Under the pieces are notes generated by a model, which saw only the letters and a program-made list of their open reading frames with translations, did not search any database and was not told the origin of the DNA. Positions 12,630-25,499 of a DNA stretch of 64,000 nucleotides are shown here, one piece after another. The position numbers and the translations under genes were made by a program. The stretch is from Camelus dromedarius (lineage: Eukaryota): contig NC_087436.1 of NCBI RefSeq assembly GCF_036321535.1, forward strand, positions 22,756,001-22,820,000, given 5' to 3'. Every line of letters starts with the position of its first letter. Within the stretch, counting starts at the first letter, position 1.

Positions 12630-13032
12630 TGTCAGGGAGGTCATGAAGAGGACGTGACCATCGGGTGACCCAAGAGCTGGACCCTGCAAACGGATGCTTC
12701 CCCTGCCCTTTTCCTCCGAATGGACACTCAGCTCACAGTTCACACCGTGGGACCCCTTTGCAAGGACGCAGCCTTTGGAGAGCAACGTGTCCTGGAGACC
12801 GTCTCGGTATACCTGACTGAAGCCAGATAAGGCCGCCAACAAACGTTTAAGATTCTGGAGGGCGTTGTGCACGTTGCTCCTCTTGCAGCCTCACGAGAAG
12901 AGCCTCCTATGTAAGTTTCCTTGTTAATTCACTCTGCCGCCTACCAGTCTGGACCGGTCTGCCGCGCTTTTTCGGTCTCTCCTTGCCCTCCACGTACGGG
13001 GCCAGTTTGCCAAGCAACCCTCCTGGCACCCA
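12630..13032 (+). mobile_element. Solo LTR (ERVL/ERV1, MER74-like), CpG-rich
   Basis: LTR-type 3' motifs cctcctatgtaagtttcc...ttcggtctctccttgccctcc...ggggccagtttg; boundaries either 12630-13019 (TSD CTCC) or 12644-13032 (TG..CA, TSD AGGTCA). Confidence 0.6.
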
Positions 13033-13078
13033 AGGTCACGCAGCAGGAAGGGAGCGCAGACCGGGAGTCACCTATGGG

Positions 13079-13707
13079 TGTTACCAACCACACTTGTGTC
13101 GCTCGCCTGTGCCTGCGCAGTGAAGCCAAGCTACTGCCACAGGTTGTGGTGAAGGTAAGTGCAGCGTTTATTGTTAACGTGCCAGACAAGGAGTCTGGGA
13201 GAGATAAATGCTCAGAAAGCCTGGACTCCCTGGCAGATTTCAGGAAGGCATTTTTAAAGGCTGGGTGAGAGGAGAGAGTCTCAGGGTGTGTGATCCGCTT
13301 GTGCACAATTCTTTGATTTGTTGATGATGCAGTAACAGGGTGGTGATGTCCCAGGGGTTAACATCCAGTCCTCAGGTTCCGGGGGTCCAGGAGCTAGTGC
13401 TCATTGTCATCAAGTAGTTAGCTTCTTCCGTTATCAGATACTGTTATCTAAGTCCTTCAGAGAAGCTGACGATTCTGTGGCTGCCACATGGCTGATTTAC
13501 TGTTTAAATTCTTACCAGTTCTTCTGGCCCAGCTGCTGTTTTTGTCACTATATGTTCACACCCTTTTAATCGTTAACTCTTGAGCCAGGCTTTTGTGACT
13601 CGGGGGAGGCCTGGGAGACGACAGCTTTTCTACAAATGAGAGGCAGACAGAGGACATGGGGGAGGGGTCTGTCCCAGGAAGGCCCCATAGGGTCCTGCTG
13701 GGTTTCG
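13079..13707 (-). mobile_element. Solo ERV1 LTR (MER41-like artiodactyl family)
   Basis: Minus-strand start (C)GAAACCCAGCAGGACCCTATGGGGCCTTCCTGGGAC, polyA signal (tttatt 13167-13172 on +), end ...GGTAACA. Confidence 0.75.
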
Positions 13708-15988
13708 GGGGTCCTAAGTACTTCGGTACAGAGCATCACACAGCGCCTCTGCTCATGTTTTACTGTCTAAAGCGAGTCACAAGATCTCACCAAACCTGAA
13801 GCGGATGTGGAAATACAGTATCTTTCCCATCCTTATGGTATCTTGCCCGAACCTCAGTGTGCCTGGAAAGAGTAGAACCAGAAACTACTGATGAACAACC
13901 CATATACCTTCCGTGCCATGGAAAATCAAATGAACCGAAGTTCCCTTCTAGATGTCAGGCTGCATATTCCCCAGCCTGTTTACTCTGTCTTAATCTGTTC
14001 TTTATGGATCAATTTATGTGGAATTATGGAATACAAATTTCCATGGAAATATGAATGGAGCAGATAGGTGAATTAATCATTGTGGGGTGAAGATTTACAT
14101 AAAAGATAATTAGAATTCTTTTATATTTATTATTAAGGCAGATAAGAAAAAAGAAACAGATATTTATTTTGAGTGAATCTTAATAGGTAAAATTAGCCTC
14201 ATTTAATAAAGTGAACCAAGGGATTATTTGAGTTGAAAAGTGTATGGAAATACAAATGTGAAGCAATGTTCATGATTCTGTTCCCAAATCCAAAATTGAT
14301 AATGATTTTATAAAATATAGACCTAATTTTAGCCATTTATTAAGACAGATGTCTTACTCAACAATAAAACTATTTGTAAGAAAAACCTAAACTATATAAT
14401 TTTACCATTAGGGCTAGCTGAATGCACAAATATTTTTTGAAACACAATTAGCAACAACAACAAAAATCTTTACACATTCCTCTGTATCATTCAGTACCCT
14501 ATGGTTGATTGCTTTTATTATTCAGTGAGTAATCTTAGGAGATTTAAAATTGCATTATATCATCAGCGGGCTTAACAGATGAAAACATTGGCAATATATG
14601 TGTGTGAAATAACAATATGGTGTGAAAACAAGGGGTACCAAATCCAGAACTAAGTGCCATGACAAAAACACTCCTAAGAATTCAAGAAAGTTTTAATAGT
14701 AGCTTATATAAACAATATTGTTAAAGAAATCTATAACTTGCATATGAACAGGCAGAGCAAAGAAAAAGGTTGAATGGGGTCAAAATGGAATTATTTGCTT
14801 GAATTTATCATCAAGGAAAGTTAGAGAAAGAACCAGAAAATAGAACAAGATGAAACAACTTAAAATGCAAGAAATATAAGCTGTGCCTGTAATTGATTCT
14901 CCTTTTAATAGATGTACTAACCCTATTGGCCCCAATGAGTGTTTTCCCTTTGCAGTAGTCACATTGGGAGACTGGGTACTCATTCCAGAAGCCACGAGTT
15001 CTCAGCTTCTTTATGAAGTTTCTCTGTTGAAAATGTCAAGTGCGGTGAGGGCAGTGGTATCCCTGGACCCACAAATTCTGAGTTTTTCTCAGTCCTGATT
15101 TCACAAGGTTAAGAAGGGCATGGATCAGCCAGGGCTCAGGAAGAGGAGAGTAAGCAGGACAGCAAAGGATTTAGACAAATGCTCTTATGAAGGTTGGATA
15201 AAGTTCCTGGGGATATTTAATCTGGAAAAGAAAAGCCCCAGGAATAACATGATGGCTCTCTTACAGTATTTCAAGAGCTATAGTGTATAAAGAGGATTTG
15301 ATTTATCCTCTGTAGTTAGAAAGGAAGGACTATGATAGGAAGATGGATAAATACAAGAAATATTCATAACAGTTATAATTGACCAAATAGATATTATCTG
15401 CTAGTCAACTTCCTTTACAGAGAAAGAATATTTTAAAAATTGGATGCTTTTCTTTGGGGGATGTTTTAAATAGAATATTTATATTGAATGGGAGGTTAGA
15501 GGAAATAAACCCCAGCATCTTTGCCATTGCTCTGATTGTTATAAACTGTGTATTTAGAGCTTTGGCACATTTCTTAGATAAAAAGTTGATGGGGGTGGAA
15601 ATCATTAAGAGCCTCATCTGGTGATTTACTTGAACAATCAAGCTAAATTACACCAAAACAAAGATCTTTTCTGTGTGTGCATGCGTGTGTGTGTGTGTGT
15701 GCACGCACATGTGTGTTTTATAAAATAAAGTGAGACTGTAAAGTAATTTTAATATATTTCTTTAATCTGACTCGTAGAATGCTGAAGGGGGGATATTTTG
15801 CTGGTTTTCTTGATATATGTGGTATTTATTTAAAGTATAATATGTTTTTCACCATAGTGCTATAATTTATTTTAAACATTTAAAAATTAGGAAGATGAAA
15901 AAAGTTGTATTTCCATCACTCTAGCACAACCACTGTTATTTTGCTTCATTTTTTCCAATCTCGTCCTTTTGAGTATACCTTTTAAATA

Positions 15989-16637
15989 TAGTTGAATCTA
16001 GTTTTTTATAGTAATTATGTTCTGTAAAGTTGCAGCAAACACCAAGTTAGCAAATATTAACCATTTCTCCTGGGGGAATAATGTTAGGTTTCTGTGAGCC
16101 TCCAGTCACAACGTTTCCATCAACCGATGATGCATAACCGTGTTTAATGTGTGTTTCTGTTTAAAGATACCTTCTTTACTATACACTGTTGATTCATGAG
16201 CATTGAACTCACAGCCAACAGCCCTACAACTCATGCCTAAACTAAGTGTATCTAATACATTGATTTTCTCCGTAAGGCACAATCACAACTTTCTTGCACT
16301 TAGAAACACTAAACAACACTTCAGAAGCACACTTGGGGACCATTTGAAATAATGAAATCAGCAACAAAAAGCACAAAAATTCAGAAACCATTTCACTAAA
16401 TAGACATTAAACAAGAACATTCCTTTATAGTAAGAGAGCTGAAATAAGAAAGCAGAGAAACATGGTCTTCAACCTCAACTAGGCAGGTGGGCATCAGACG
16501 ACTCAGATTGTTCTCTGCTCTGCATGTGGCCATGAAGGGCCGCAAAGAGCCTCAGGTATTATTTTGGGATTACAAATAAATTTTAACAAGCTGCCAAATT
16601 TGCAAATATGGAATCCACAAATGATGAGGATCAGCTG
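15989..16637 (-). mobile_element. MER82 (TcMar-Tigger) DNA transposon
   Basis: Terminal ...ttgcaaatatggaatccacaaatgatgaggatcagctg followed by TA; TA also at the left end; internal motifs fit the MER82 consensus. Confidence 0.85.
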
Positions 16638-16774
16638 TATTTTGTGTCCCGCCTTATTCCGTGTGGTTCCATAGTCTTTATAAGTGTAACTTTAGGTGGC
16701 TACATGCTAGTTCTCAAGTAGATATGCCAGATTTTATTTTTCCTTCTTAAACTGTTACACCTTAATTAGCTCTG

Positions 16775-17290
16775 CATCAGTTAGGAGCCTAGGGTTGCCA
16801 GTGATGGACAAACCTTCGCAAACAAGCTTACAAAAATGAAATCTCTTAATTTACATAACCTGAAAAGTCCAGGGGTACCTCTGTTTGGCTTCAAACATGG
16901 TGACCCTGAGGATTCAAGCCATGTCACTGGGACTCAGTTTCTGTCACTCGTTTCTTACCTCCCATGTGTAGCTTCTGTCTTAGGCTCCACATGATAGATA
17001 ATGGGGGAAGCTCCAGGCCCTATTATTTTCTCAACACTACATCCAGCATGGAAAAGACACGACACTTCCCAGAAGTCCTACGGAAAATCCTGTTGCATAG
17101 TCTTGGCTTGAATGGCTTATGTGCCATCCCTGAGGCAATCATGGTGGCCAGGGCAATTGGATAGGCTGGTTGCCGAAGCCTGGGTCACGTGCATCACCTC
17201 TAGAGCTGGAGTGGGGTCACCACCACCAGACCACATGGATTCAGAAACAGTAGGTACCAGAGGGTGAATGCATGCTGGGAATACAGGAGA
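16775..17290 (-). mobile_element. Old MLT1 (MaLR) LTR
   Basis: tcagttagga...ggttgccagtga...; ttggcttgaatggcttatgtgccatccctga...gggtcacgtgc...ggagtggggtca. Confidence 0.6.
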
Positions 17291-17404
17291 TTTCCACTCA
17301 AAAAGTTTTTTCCCACACTTAAAAATAACTACTATACTCGTCTTTCTGCAAGTACATATTTTTAAGTAATAGAAACACAATTGCAATTAGGATTGTAGAA
17401 TATT

Positions 17405-17718
17405 TTTGTTCTTTTTTTATTGATGTATAGTTGATTTACAGTCTTGTGCAAGTTTCAGGTGTACAATATAGTGATTCACAATTTTTAAAGATTATACTCC
17501 ATTTATAGTTATAAAATGTTGGTCGTATTCCCTATGCTGTACAATATATCTTTGTAGCTGATTAATTTTGTAAATAGTTATTTGTGCTGCTTAATCCCCT
17601 ACCCTCATTTTGCCCCTCCCCCTTTCCCTCTCCCCATTGGTAACCAATAGTTTGTTTCCTGTATCTGTGAGTCTATTTCTTTTTTGTTCTATTAGCTAGT
17701 CTGTTTTATTTTAAAAAT
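17405..17718 (-). mobile_element. L1 3' end, antisense, with ~38-bp flanking duplication
   Basis: T-rich tail then tatagttgatttaca...ggtgtacaatatagtgattca...ggtaaccaatagtttgt; flanks 17367-17404 and 17719-17756 are 35/38 identical. Confidence 0.85.
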
Positions 17719-19109
17719 TAATAGAATCACAATTGCAAATAGGATTGTACAATATTGATATTGGAAGAGCCTTGGGTTTTATCTAATCCACCTGCCAATC
17801 CAGTGAGGAACAATTTTCCTAGCCAAAGATCATCCTAATTTGTTTGAACATCTCCAAAGGCAATTAAGATTTGACAGCTGTAAACTCCATCCACCTTTGA
17901 CTCGCGCTCTGCACAGTTCCACAAGACAACCTTTGCCCATTTAAGTTTTGATTCTGTTGTGCCCTCTAGGATTCTTTTCTCAGGATAAGTTCACAACTCT
18001 TTTAACCCTTCCTTAATGACATTTCAGGGTCCCTCATCACCCTTGGAATAGTTTCTATTTCATCCGTATTCTTTTTAACATGTGGGGTCCCAAATATTTT
18101 GGCAATTAAAATAGACAGTCGTGCAGACCAGAACACGTTATACGTATGCTCTCCAACTCAGTGAAGAGCTCAGTGAAACTATTTCTATTCCCCAACTGGA
18201 CCCTGGATTCCTATGCAGAGGGCTCAGTCCGCTGTTGAATGCTCTCACCACCAGGTCTACATGAATAAATCTTACCCAGCCCTCGAGTCTGTCACATTTG
18301 CTTCCCCCCTCTAGCGAGTCTTTCCTAGTTAAATCAGATTGGCTCTCTCCATCCTTTGAAGTTCATATCTAGTTTCTTGTTGCTGCTGTGGTTTTTGTTT
18401 GTTTGTCCTTCTTTTATGGACTATATCACATATCATGTATTGTCTTCAGTAATTATCTTACCTCCATAGCAGAATATATGATTCTCTAGAAGAAACCAAT
18501 GTACTTTATTTTTCCTACCCGTGCTTAACACTGCCTGGTGTTTAATCAGTATCATCTTCTGAAATGATCTATCAGCATAGCCTAAGACTGTGCTAATGAA
18601 GATGCAGTGATGGAGGCGTTAATTAGTTCTATCACAACTCTGCCTTAATTCACACCGTCCTTCTCTAAGAAGTGGTCTAAGTCCTTCCTTCAGAATAGAA
18701 CACCATTTTACTGATTTCATTTTATTAGCTTTCAGAATTTTGTGAATCCTAGCTTCAGTTTTCCTGATAACCCTACAAGTTCCTGTTTGTGAAATGCAAG
18801 TTTTATGAGAACAAATATTTTGTGTATTTTATTTACCACTGTCTCCACTATACTTAGGACAATGCCTGATTACACAATAGATTTTCAAAAGAAATTGTGT
18901 TGACTTAATTATTTTTATAATTGTAATTTATTATAATTATGATTAAAGTTACTCTTCTATATTCATACTCATTTATGTATTCTCTCTTACATGTTTTAGA
19001 CCCCATATATTAAGCCCTATATAAGGTTTTTTGGAGACATACAAAAAATAATAGTACACTTGTAATAAAATGTGACGTACTATTCCAGTTTAGAAATAAT
19101 AATGTATTA

Positions 19110-19465
19110 GAGAAAAGATTGCTGGTTGCCAGAGGCTGGGGGTGGAGAGCAGTGGGCAAAATGGCTGATAGGGGTCAAAAAGTACAAACTTCTGGCTATA
19201 AAATAAATAAAGTCCTGGAGATGTAATGTACACCATGGTGACTATAATTAACAATACTGTACTGGATATCTGAAAGTTGCTAAGAGAATAGGTCCTAAAA
19301 GTTCTCATCACAAGAAAAAAAAATTCTATAATTGTATAAGGTACTGGATGTTAACTAGACTTGTTGTGATGATCATCTTGCAATACATACAAATATTAAA
19401 TCATTATGTTTTGCACCTGAAAGTAATATAACGTTATATGTCAATTATACCTCTATTAAAAAAAA
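19110..19465 (+). mobile_element. L1MA-type 3' end with TSD
   Basis: ggttgccagaggctggggg...cacctgaaagtaatataacgttatatgtcaattatacc + A tail; TSD agaaataat(aa/gg)tgtatta at 19092-19109 and 19466-19483. Confidence 0.88.
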
Positions 19466-19689
19466 AGAAATAATGGTGTATTAATTTGCAAGAACCTACA
19501 ATAAAAAAAAACAAGGACACCCTTTCATATATAATATAATATATAAAACTTTGCAGAAGTTTCAAGCGTTTAGGTTTTGATATTTTCATTCTTATGTCTC
19601 TACATATTTATACAAACTTTTAAAGTCCATAATGAGAAGAGACAAGATCAGTATTTCATGTTTAACATTGACTCCCTCACAAGCCTGAA

Positions 19690-19850
19690 GGGTTGCACTC
19701 ACTTTGTAAATGAGGAACTGCTTCTTCAAAGACACAGCACAATTTGCCAACTTCACACCGCCAGGGTGAGGCTGAATCAAAGATTTAAGCCTGAACTCAG
19801 GTCTGTGTGACTAAAAGCCCAAGTCATGTCCCCTCTGCCACACCCTCTCA
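19690..19850 (-). mobile_element. MIR SINE
   Basis: actttgtaaatgaggaactg...aatttgccaa...agatttaagcc...tctgtgtgactaaaagccc. Confidence 0.65.
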
Positions 19851-20699
19851 TGGGGTCAGGACGCCCCCCCAGCCTTTGCCCTGGGACTTTGTAAAAGTTC
19901 AGACCCTAAAGAATGTGGTTAAAGGCTGTTTCATCTCTTATGTATTTTTAAAGCTTGAATAAATATGCATAAGCTGAAATGCAGAAGCCTGCTCAAAATT
20001 TAAATAATGTCATCAGAAAAATTACCCCCATTTTTTAAAAAGGCTGCAGAAAACATTAAAGCTCTGATTAATTTATTGTTTGCAATTCATTGTTAAAAGG
20101 CAAACACAATGTAATTTTCAAGGCTCTGATTCACAGGAGAAACCATACAAAAAATTTAAAATCTCACCCTTTGTGTTGTTTTAAAAGAATAGGGAAATGG
20201 GTTGGTTGGTAAATTCTGAGAAAGCTCTCTCAATTCCATCTATATAAACATCTGAATATTTTAAAACAAACATCACAAAGGGGATGTTCAAGTCCAACCC
20301 CTCTTCCTCCTACTCTCGAACTTGTCATCTGCCTTTTGTACGTCTTTGCCACATCACAACACACGATTTCTGTTTGACGAGCAGCACTTGGGTGCTCATT
20401 TTCCTCCACTTCCTTCCTGGTTTAACCGGGATGATAACAATCATTAGCAGCTCACTGTGGTATTCCGTGCTTTGCAATCATTCCCACAATCCAGGAGGCT
20501 GCACACCCAGCCCTGTCAAGCCCTCTGGTCAAGAGAGACACAGCACAAGTGAGACTTAAGAATTTTGATTAATGCACAAAATTTAGCCTCTGCCACCAGG
20601 GTCTATCTTTAATTGGATGGTTATCCTTCCCATTACTCCAGTATTGTCATTTGGTGTTGAAAAGAATGGTTCTACAACCAGCTTGGTTGCAGCATCTCA

Positions 20700-21300
20700 A
20701 CTACTGAGGTGTATACACAAAAAGACTTGAATGTGCCAGGAACTTGTTCCAAGTCAGCTGTGTGGAAGTCCACACTCAGCAGGCTACCTTATGTGCATCT
20801 CAGAGGGATTCCATAATTTTTCAGTCATTTTGATTCATAAAGGCAGTCTCAGTTTGGTGACAAAGATGTCATTCTGTCCGTTCTGAGATGTCAGTCCATT
20901 TTTTTTGGAGCCAGCCTAATCTCAAGCAGCTTTCCTGGGTACTGGAATTCCCTGGTGAGACTTGGCGACAGCTTCTGGCTCCTGCCCCTCTTTGCCTCAT
21001 GTCAGCGAGCAGGCAGCTTCTGGTCACATCCATCTTCTATGAGTCCCCACCTCAGTGCTTTCGTGCTCAAACAAAACTGCTGTCTCTTCCTCTTGGAAAA
21101 AAGAACTCAGGACAGTATGCTTTCCTTTCAGCTTTGTTGTGCCACCATGCCCTCCCTCCCCGATACTTTTTCTGGTACAGTCTCTGGTAGTAGCAGAGCA
21201 AGACCACAAGCCCAGAAGCTCAGCAAACATCCCATCAATGGGGGAAAATGTCTCCTCTCACACAGAGTTCCCAGATGATAGCCTTGCAATGTTTAGGAGA
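20700..21300 (-). mobile_element. Probable ancient Gypsy LTR (MamGypLTR-like)
   Basis: Minus strand gagactgcctttatgaatcaaaatgactgaaaaaattatggaatccctctgagatgcacataagg resembles the recalled MamGypLTR core; boundaries uncertain. Confidence 0.45.
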
Positions 21301-21360
21301 GAAACCAGTTGAAAAGAACACTCTACTTCCCCTCCCAAAAGTATCCTTCTTCTCACTCCC

Positions 21361-21803
21361 TGTATTAATTTCCTATTGTTGCTATGACAAACTTACTACA
21401 AATCTAAAGGACTTAAAGCAAAAGGAATGTATTATCTTACAGTTCTGGAAGTCAAGATCTGAAGTGGATCTTACAGGGCTAAAATCAAGGTGTCAGCAGG
21501 GCTGTATTTCTCTAGGGCTGAATCCAGTCCTTGACTTTTCCAGCTTCTAGAGGCTGTCCGTGTTCTTTGGCTCATGCTCCTGCACCACTTGAAGCTAAGC
21601 TTCTGTTACTCCATCTCCTCTGTCTCTCCTCCCTCTCTTGTATAAGGACCTTTGTGATCACATTGGGTCCACGTAGATAATCCAGGATACCCTTCCCATC
21701 TCAACATTCTTAGCTTAGTCGCACTTGCAAAGTCACTTTTGCTGTGCAAGTTAACATACTCACAAGTTGTGGGGGTTGGGGATCCATAATTCTGCCTGTC
21801 ACA
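21361..21803 (-). mobile_element. MLT1C/D MaLR LTR
   Basis: tgtattaatttcctattgttgcta...ttacagttctggaagtcaaga...ataattctgcctgtcaca. Confidence 0.85.
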
Positions 21804-21933
21804 CTCCTATATTCTCTCTTATATCGAAAATCATCAGACCAGTTTGTACTCTGTGCAGAACCACGAGTAACTAGGAATCCTTTACCAATAATCAGATATT
21901 TCCAACTCAGCCCTGGAGAATTGGATAGGTCAC

Positions 21934-22398
21934 TGTGGTGGACAGCCTCCAGGATGTCCCCTGTGATCCTAATGCCTTTGTGGGAAGGCTTCTCCCAAAC
22001 TGAATCAAGGTATTTTGTGTGACCATAGGATACAAAAATGTCTACTTCTCCCTTGATCTCTTGGAATGCTAGCTTTGGGAAAATCCAGAGAACACTCACA
22101 GAGCCCTGTGTGAGGCCCTTGTGGAAGGGAACTGAGGGCTGTCACCAATAGCACCAACTTGCCAGCCATAAGAGGGAGACATCTTTGATGTAGATCCTTC
22201 AGCCCCAGTCAGGCCTTCAGATGACTGCAGCCTCAGCTGACATCTGGCTACAAATTCATGAGAAATACTCAGTTAAAACTACCCAAGTGAGCTGCTCAAG
22301 GATTCCTAACTCACAGAAACTGAGAGGTATTAAATGCTTATAGTTTTAAGCCATGAATTTTGGGGCAATTTGTTATGCAGCAATAGATAACTAATACA
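21934..22398 (+). mobile_element. MLT1E/F MaLR LTR
   Basis: TGTGGTGGACAG...ttgttatgcagcaatagataactaataCA; 5-bp TSD gtcac/gtcat. Confidence 0.88.
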
Positions 22399-22509
22399 GT
22401 CATTGTCTCCACTGTAATCCCAGATCCTCAGAGTTAACTCCTGGGGGCAAGAAAAAAGCTCAGTCAGCACTTAACTTCATCCCACTACGGTTGATAATGC
22501 CAAAAGCAT

Positions 22510-23005
22510 TTTTTTTAAACTTCCTATTTTTAGAGAAGTTTTAAGTTTACAACAAAACTGAGAGGAAGGTACAGAGATTTCCCACATGCCCCCTGCTCCT
22601 ACACTTGCATGGCCTCCTCCATCATCAACATCACTCACCGGAATGGTACATTTATTACCAGGGATGAACCTTCACTGACCCATTATAATCACTCAAAGTC
22701 TGTAGGTTACCTAAGGGTTCATGCTTGGTGTTGTACATTCAGTGGGTTTGGAAAAATGTATAATGACATATATCCATCATTATAATTTCATATGGATCAT
22801 ACAGAATATTTTCACTGCTCTAAAATCATCTGTACTCTTCCTATTTATTTATTTCTCCCCCTGAGCCCCACTGAGCCATTGATCTTTTTACTGTCTCCAT
22901 GGTTTTGCCTTTAATGGAATGTCATATAGTTGGAATCATATGGTGTGTAGCCTTCTCAGAGTAGCTTCTTTCACTTAGTAATATGCTTTTCGGTTTCCTC
23001 CATAA
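22510..23005 (-). mobile_element. L1MB-type 3' fragment
   Basis: aactgagaggaaggtacagagatttccca...gaatgtcatatagttggaatcat...cttctttcacttagtaatatgc. Confidence 0.85.
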
Positions 23006-23578
23006 GCATTTTGACCATGTCAATTTTCTATCCTGTCTACTCAGTCACCTCCATCATAAGAACCAAATAAAAAAGAGCGAATCTGATGCATGTTTGTTGC
23101 TCGCTCTCTCTTGGCTGCATTCAAAGGTGAGGCACTGGCTCTTGTAGCTGATGAACTTGTGTCCTTGCCAGTATATACAGGCAACTCCATCAGGTTTCAG
23201 AGGCCTGGTGGGCTTATTTGCTAGAGGTTTGCAGGTCTCCACAGTCGGCAAAGTCAAGCAGCCACAACTCCTTAACGTTACTCATACCAGGAATTCCTAG
23301 AGACCCAGGAAGCTGGCATTCTGCAGAATGAGGAGATGGGGTGCAGAGACTCAGTGCTATAGCCCTTCCCTTCACCTCTGCAGGCTTTAATACATGCTCT
23401 TTCTAATGTGAAGGTCAGCTGAGAAGCTTCAGTTAAACTATCAAATTAGGATTCCTCAAAGCAGGGAAGGGTACTGTTGGTATGTGGTGTGGAGTGATTC
23501 TTTATTGTGCTAGACTGCTCTGTTCCCTGCAGGATGGTAAACGTATCTGACACTACGTAGTAAATGTCAGGATCCCAG

Positions 23579-23610
<32 letters not shown>

Positions 23611-23626
23611 ACACACACACACACAC
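23579..23626. repeat. (CA)n microsatellite, ~24 units with one interruption
   Basis: Direct reading. Confidence 0.95.
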
Positions 23627-23694
23627 TTCCAAACTTGAGAACTATTGATAAAAGATATTTCTTGCTACCCAAGATTCCTAGGCTGAGTGGTACA

Positions 23695-24200
23695 CTCATT
23701 TATTCAATAAATATTTATTATGTGCCAGACACTATGCTAGGTGGACAGTAGAAGTAATTTGATATGCAAAACAGGCACCTTTTACTGAGCTTATATGTAG
23801 AGATGAAAATAGACAACAGATAAGAAATAAATAATTTTATTTATTGATAAATAAGTTTCTCAGGATTGAAAACTGATGTAAGTGCTTTGGAAAAGGATAT
23901 ATTTGCTTCTATTAGAGGGTTCAATAGGTATATGTGAACTAATTTTAAAGGTCAAGAAAAGGCACCTGAAGAAGATACATAAGAGCTTAGGAAAGAGCAT
24001 TTCAGGGAAAGAAAACAGCCTGGGCAGAGGCGTCAGGGCGCAAAGGAACGTGGCCTAGACAGGAGACAAAAAACAGCTTGTGAGGCTGGAGCAGAAAAAT
24101 CAAAGGAGGACACAGTGCAAGGCAAGAGTGGAGAAGTATGTGGGGCCAGATCACATCATGGATTTGGGGTGTTGTCCTGAGAGCAAAAATATAGAAGTGA
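23695..24200 (-). mobile_element. L2 LINE fragment
   Basis: cattTattcaataaatatttatta-tgtgccagacactatgctagg...gagcatttcagggaaagaaaacagc...ggggccagatcac. Confidence 0.75.
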
Positions 24201-24269
24201 AGCTAGGAGATGTGGAGTCGTAAAAAAGAAGGAAAGAGAAATTTTCCTATGGAAGCAGAGTTGATGCAC

Positions 24270-24731
24270 CAGTGCTGCTAAGGACTCAAGTCAAATGATG
24301 TAGTGGCCAGTCTCAGTGACTCACTTCTAAAGGGGATGCTGTGGAAGTGATGCTGCATGACGTCTAGCAGTAGCTCAGAAAAGAGGATCCAGCTTTCACC
24401 TTGCACTTCCTCAGCATGCCTGCCCAAGACGTCATGCTCACGGGGAAGCCAAGCAACCACCTGGGATGGCCGCGAGTAGGTGTTCCAGCAACAGCCCCAT
24501 TGAGATCCCAGCCAGCAACCAGCACCAACCTGCAGGCAAGTGAGGGAGTGCATCTTTGGGTGAGTCTAGCCCTCAGCCTTGGAGCTACTCCAGCTGATGC
24601 TGAGGGCAATAGAAAATAAAACTACATCCATATATTTCTTTACAAATTCAGACCTAAGAAAATGAATATCGTCATTGTTTTAAGCCACTAAAGTTTTGAG
24701 TTGTTTGTTACAGCATTAAATAACTGGAACA
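24270..24731 (+). mobile_element. MLT1H/I-like MaLR LTR
   Basis: cccagccagcaaccagcaccaac...ttgttttaagccactaaagttttgagttgtttgttacagcattaaataactggaaca. Confidence 0.75.
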
Positions 24732-25499
24732 GTTACGTATTTCATACAGCATAGCTAGAAGATGGAAGGGGCCATTTGACCAACATCAGACTGTACGTGA
24801 TTAAGAAAGAACAACATTTATTATGTTATCCTACTGATTTTTAGGAGTTTATCTATTGTGCAAGTTTGCAGTAACTACATTGACTAGTACAGTTGGGAAT
24901 GTAAAACCTCAACAGGGCTTAGCGAGAATGTAGTCATGGGTGACCTCAGGGAGAGTTATCTCAGTGGAGAAATGGATGCATGAGGAAGCCAAAAGAGCTG
25001 AGTATGAGGACACTGGGACAGAATAATAAATAACTATTTCCCATCATTTTATTCTGAAGAGCAGAGATGTGAGAAATAGGGTGGAGCTGGACAGGGATCA
25101 AGAATCTGGTGAAGCTTTCATTTTTATTTGGAAAGTGTAAATAGGGAGGAATTGGGCTGTTTGAAATCAATGGGAAGAATCCAGCTGAGAGACTGAAGTT
25201 GAAAGGAAAAGAGAGAAAATGGGTTCCTATAAGGATTGGGGGTGAGGAGGGAAGGAAATTGGATCTAAAGCAGGGAGAGGAATTAGTCTTAGAAGAGACA
25301 GCTCCTCTATTTCCATAAGAGAAGAAGGAGCAGAAGGTAAATAGATAGGTTTGTATGTGTCATATTAAAATCTAGGACTGCTTTTTCTCCTTAGCTTATC
25401 TGCTGAGAGTGAGATGGAGGAAAGCATCCAAAATTGGAAGAGTGGAGACAAGTAAGGAGGACAGTGCAGGCTCCTACATTTATAATTGTGACAATTTTA

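Larger units (their letters stand above)
12480..13865 (-). mobile_element. Ancient MLT1 (MaLR) LTR split by two nested LTR insertions
   Basis: MLT1-like pieces at 12480-12625, 13025-13078 and 13710-13865 (ctctgctcatgttttactg...gagtcaca...ggaaatacag). Confidence 0.55.
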
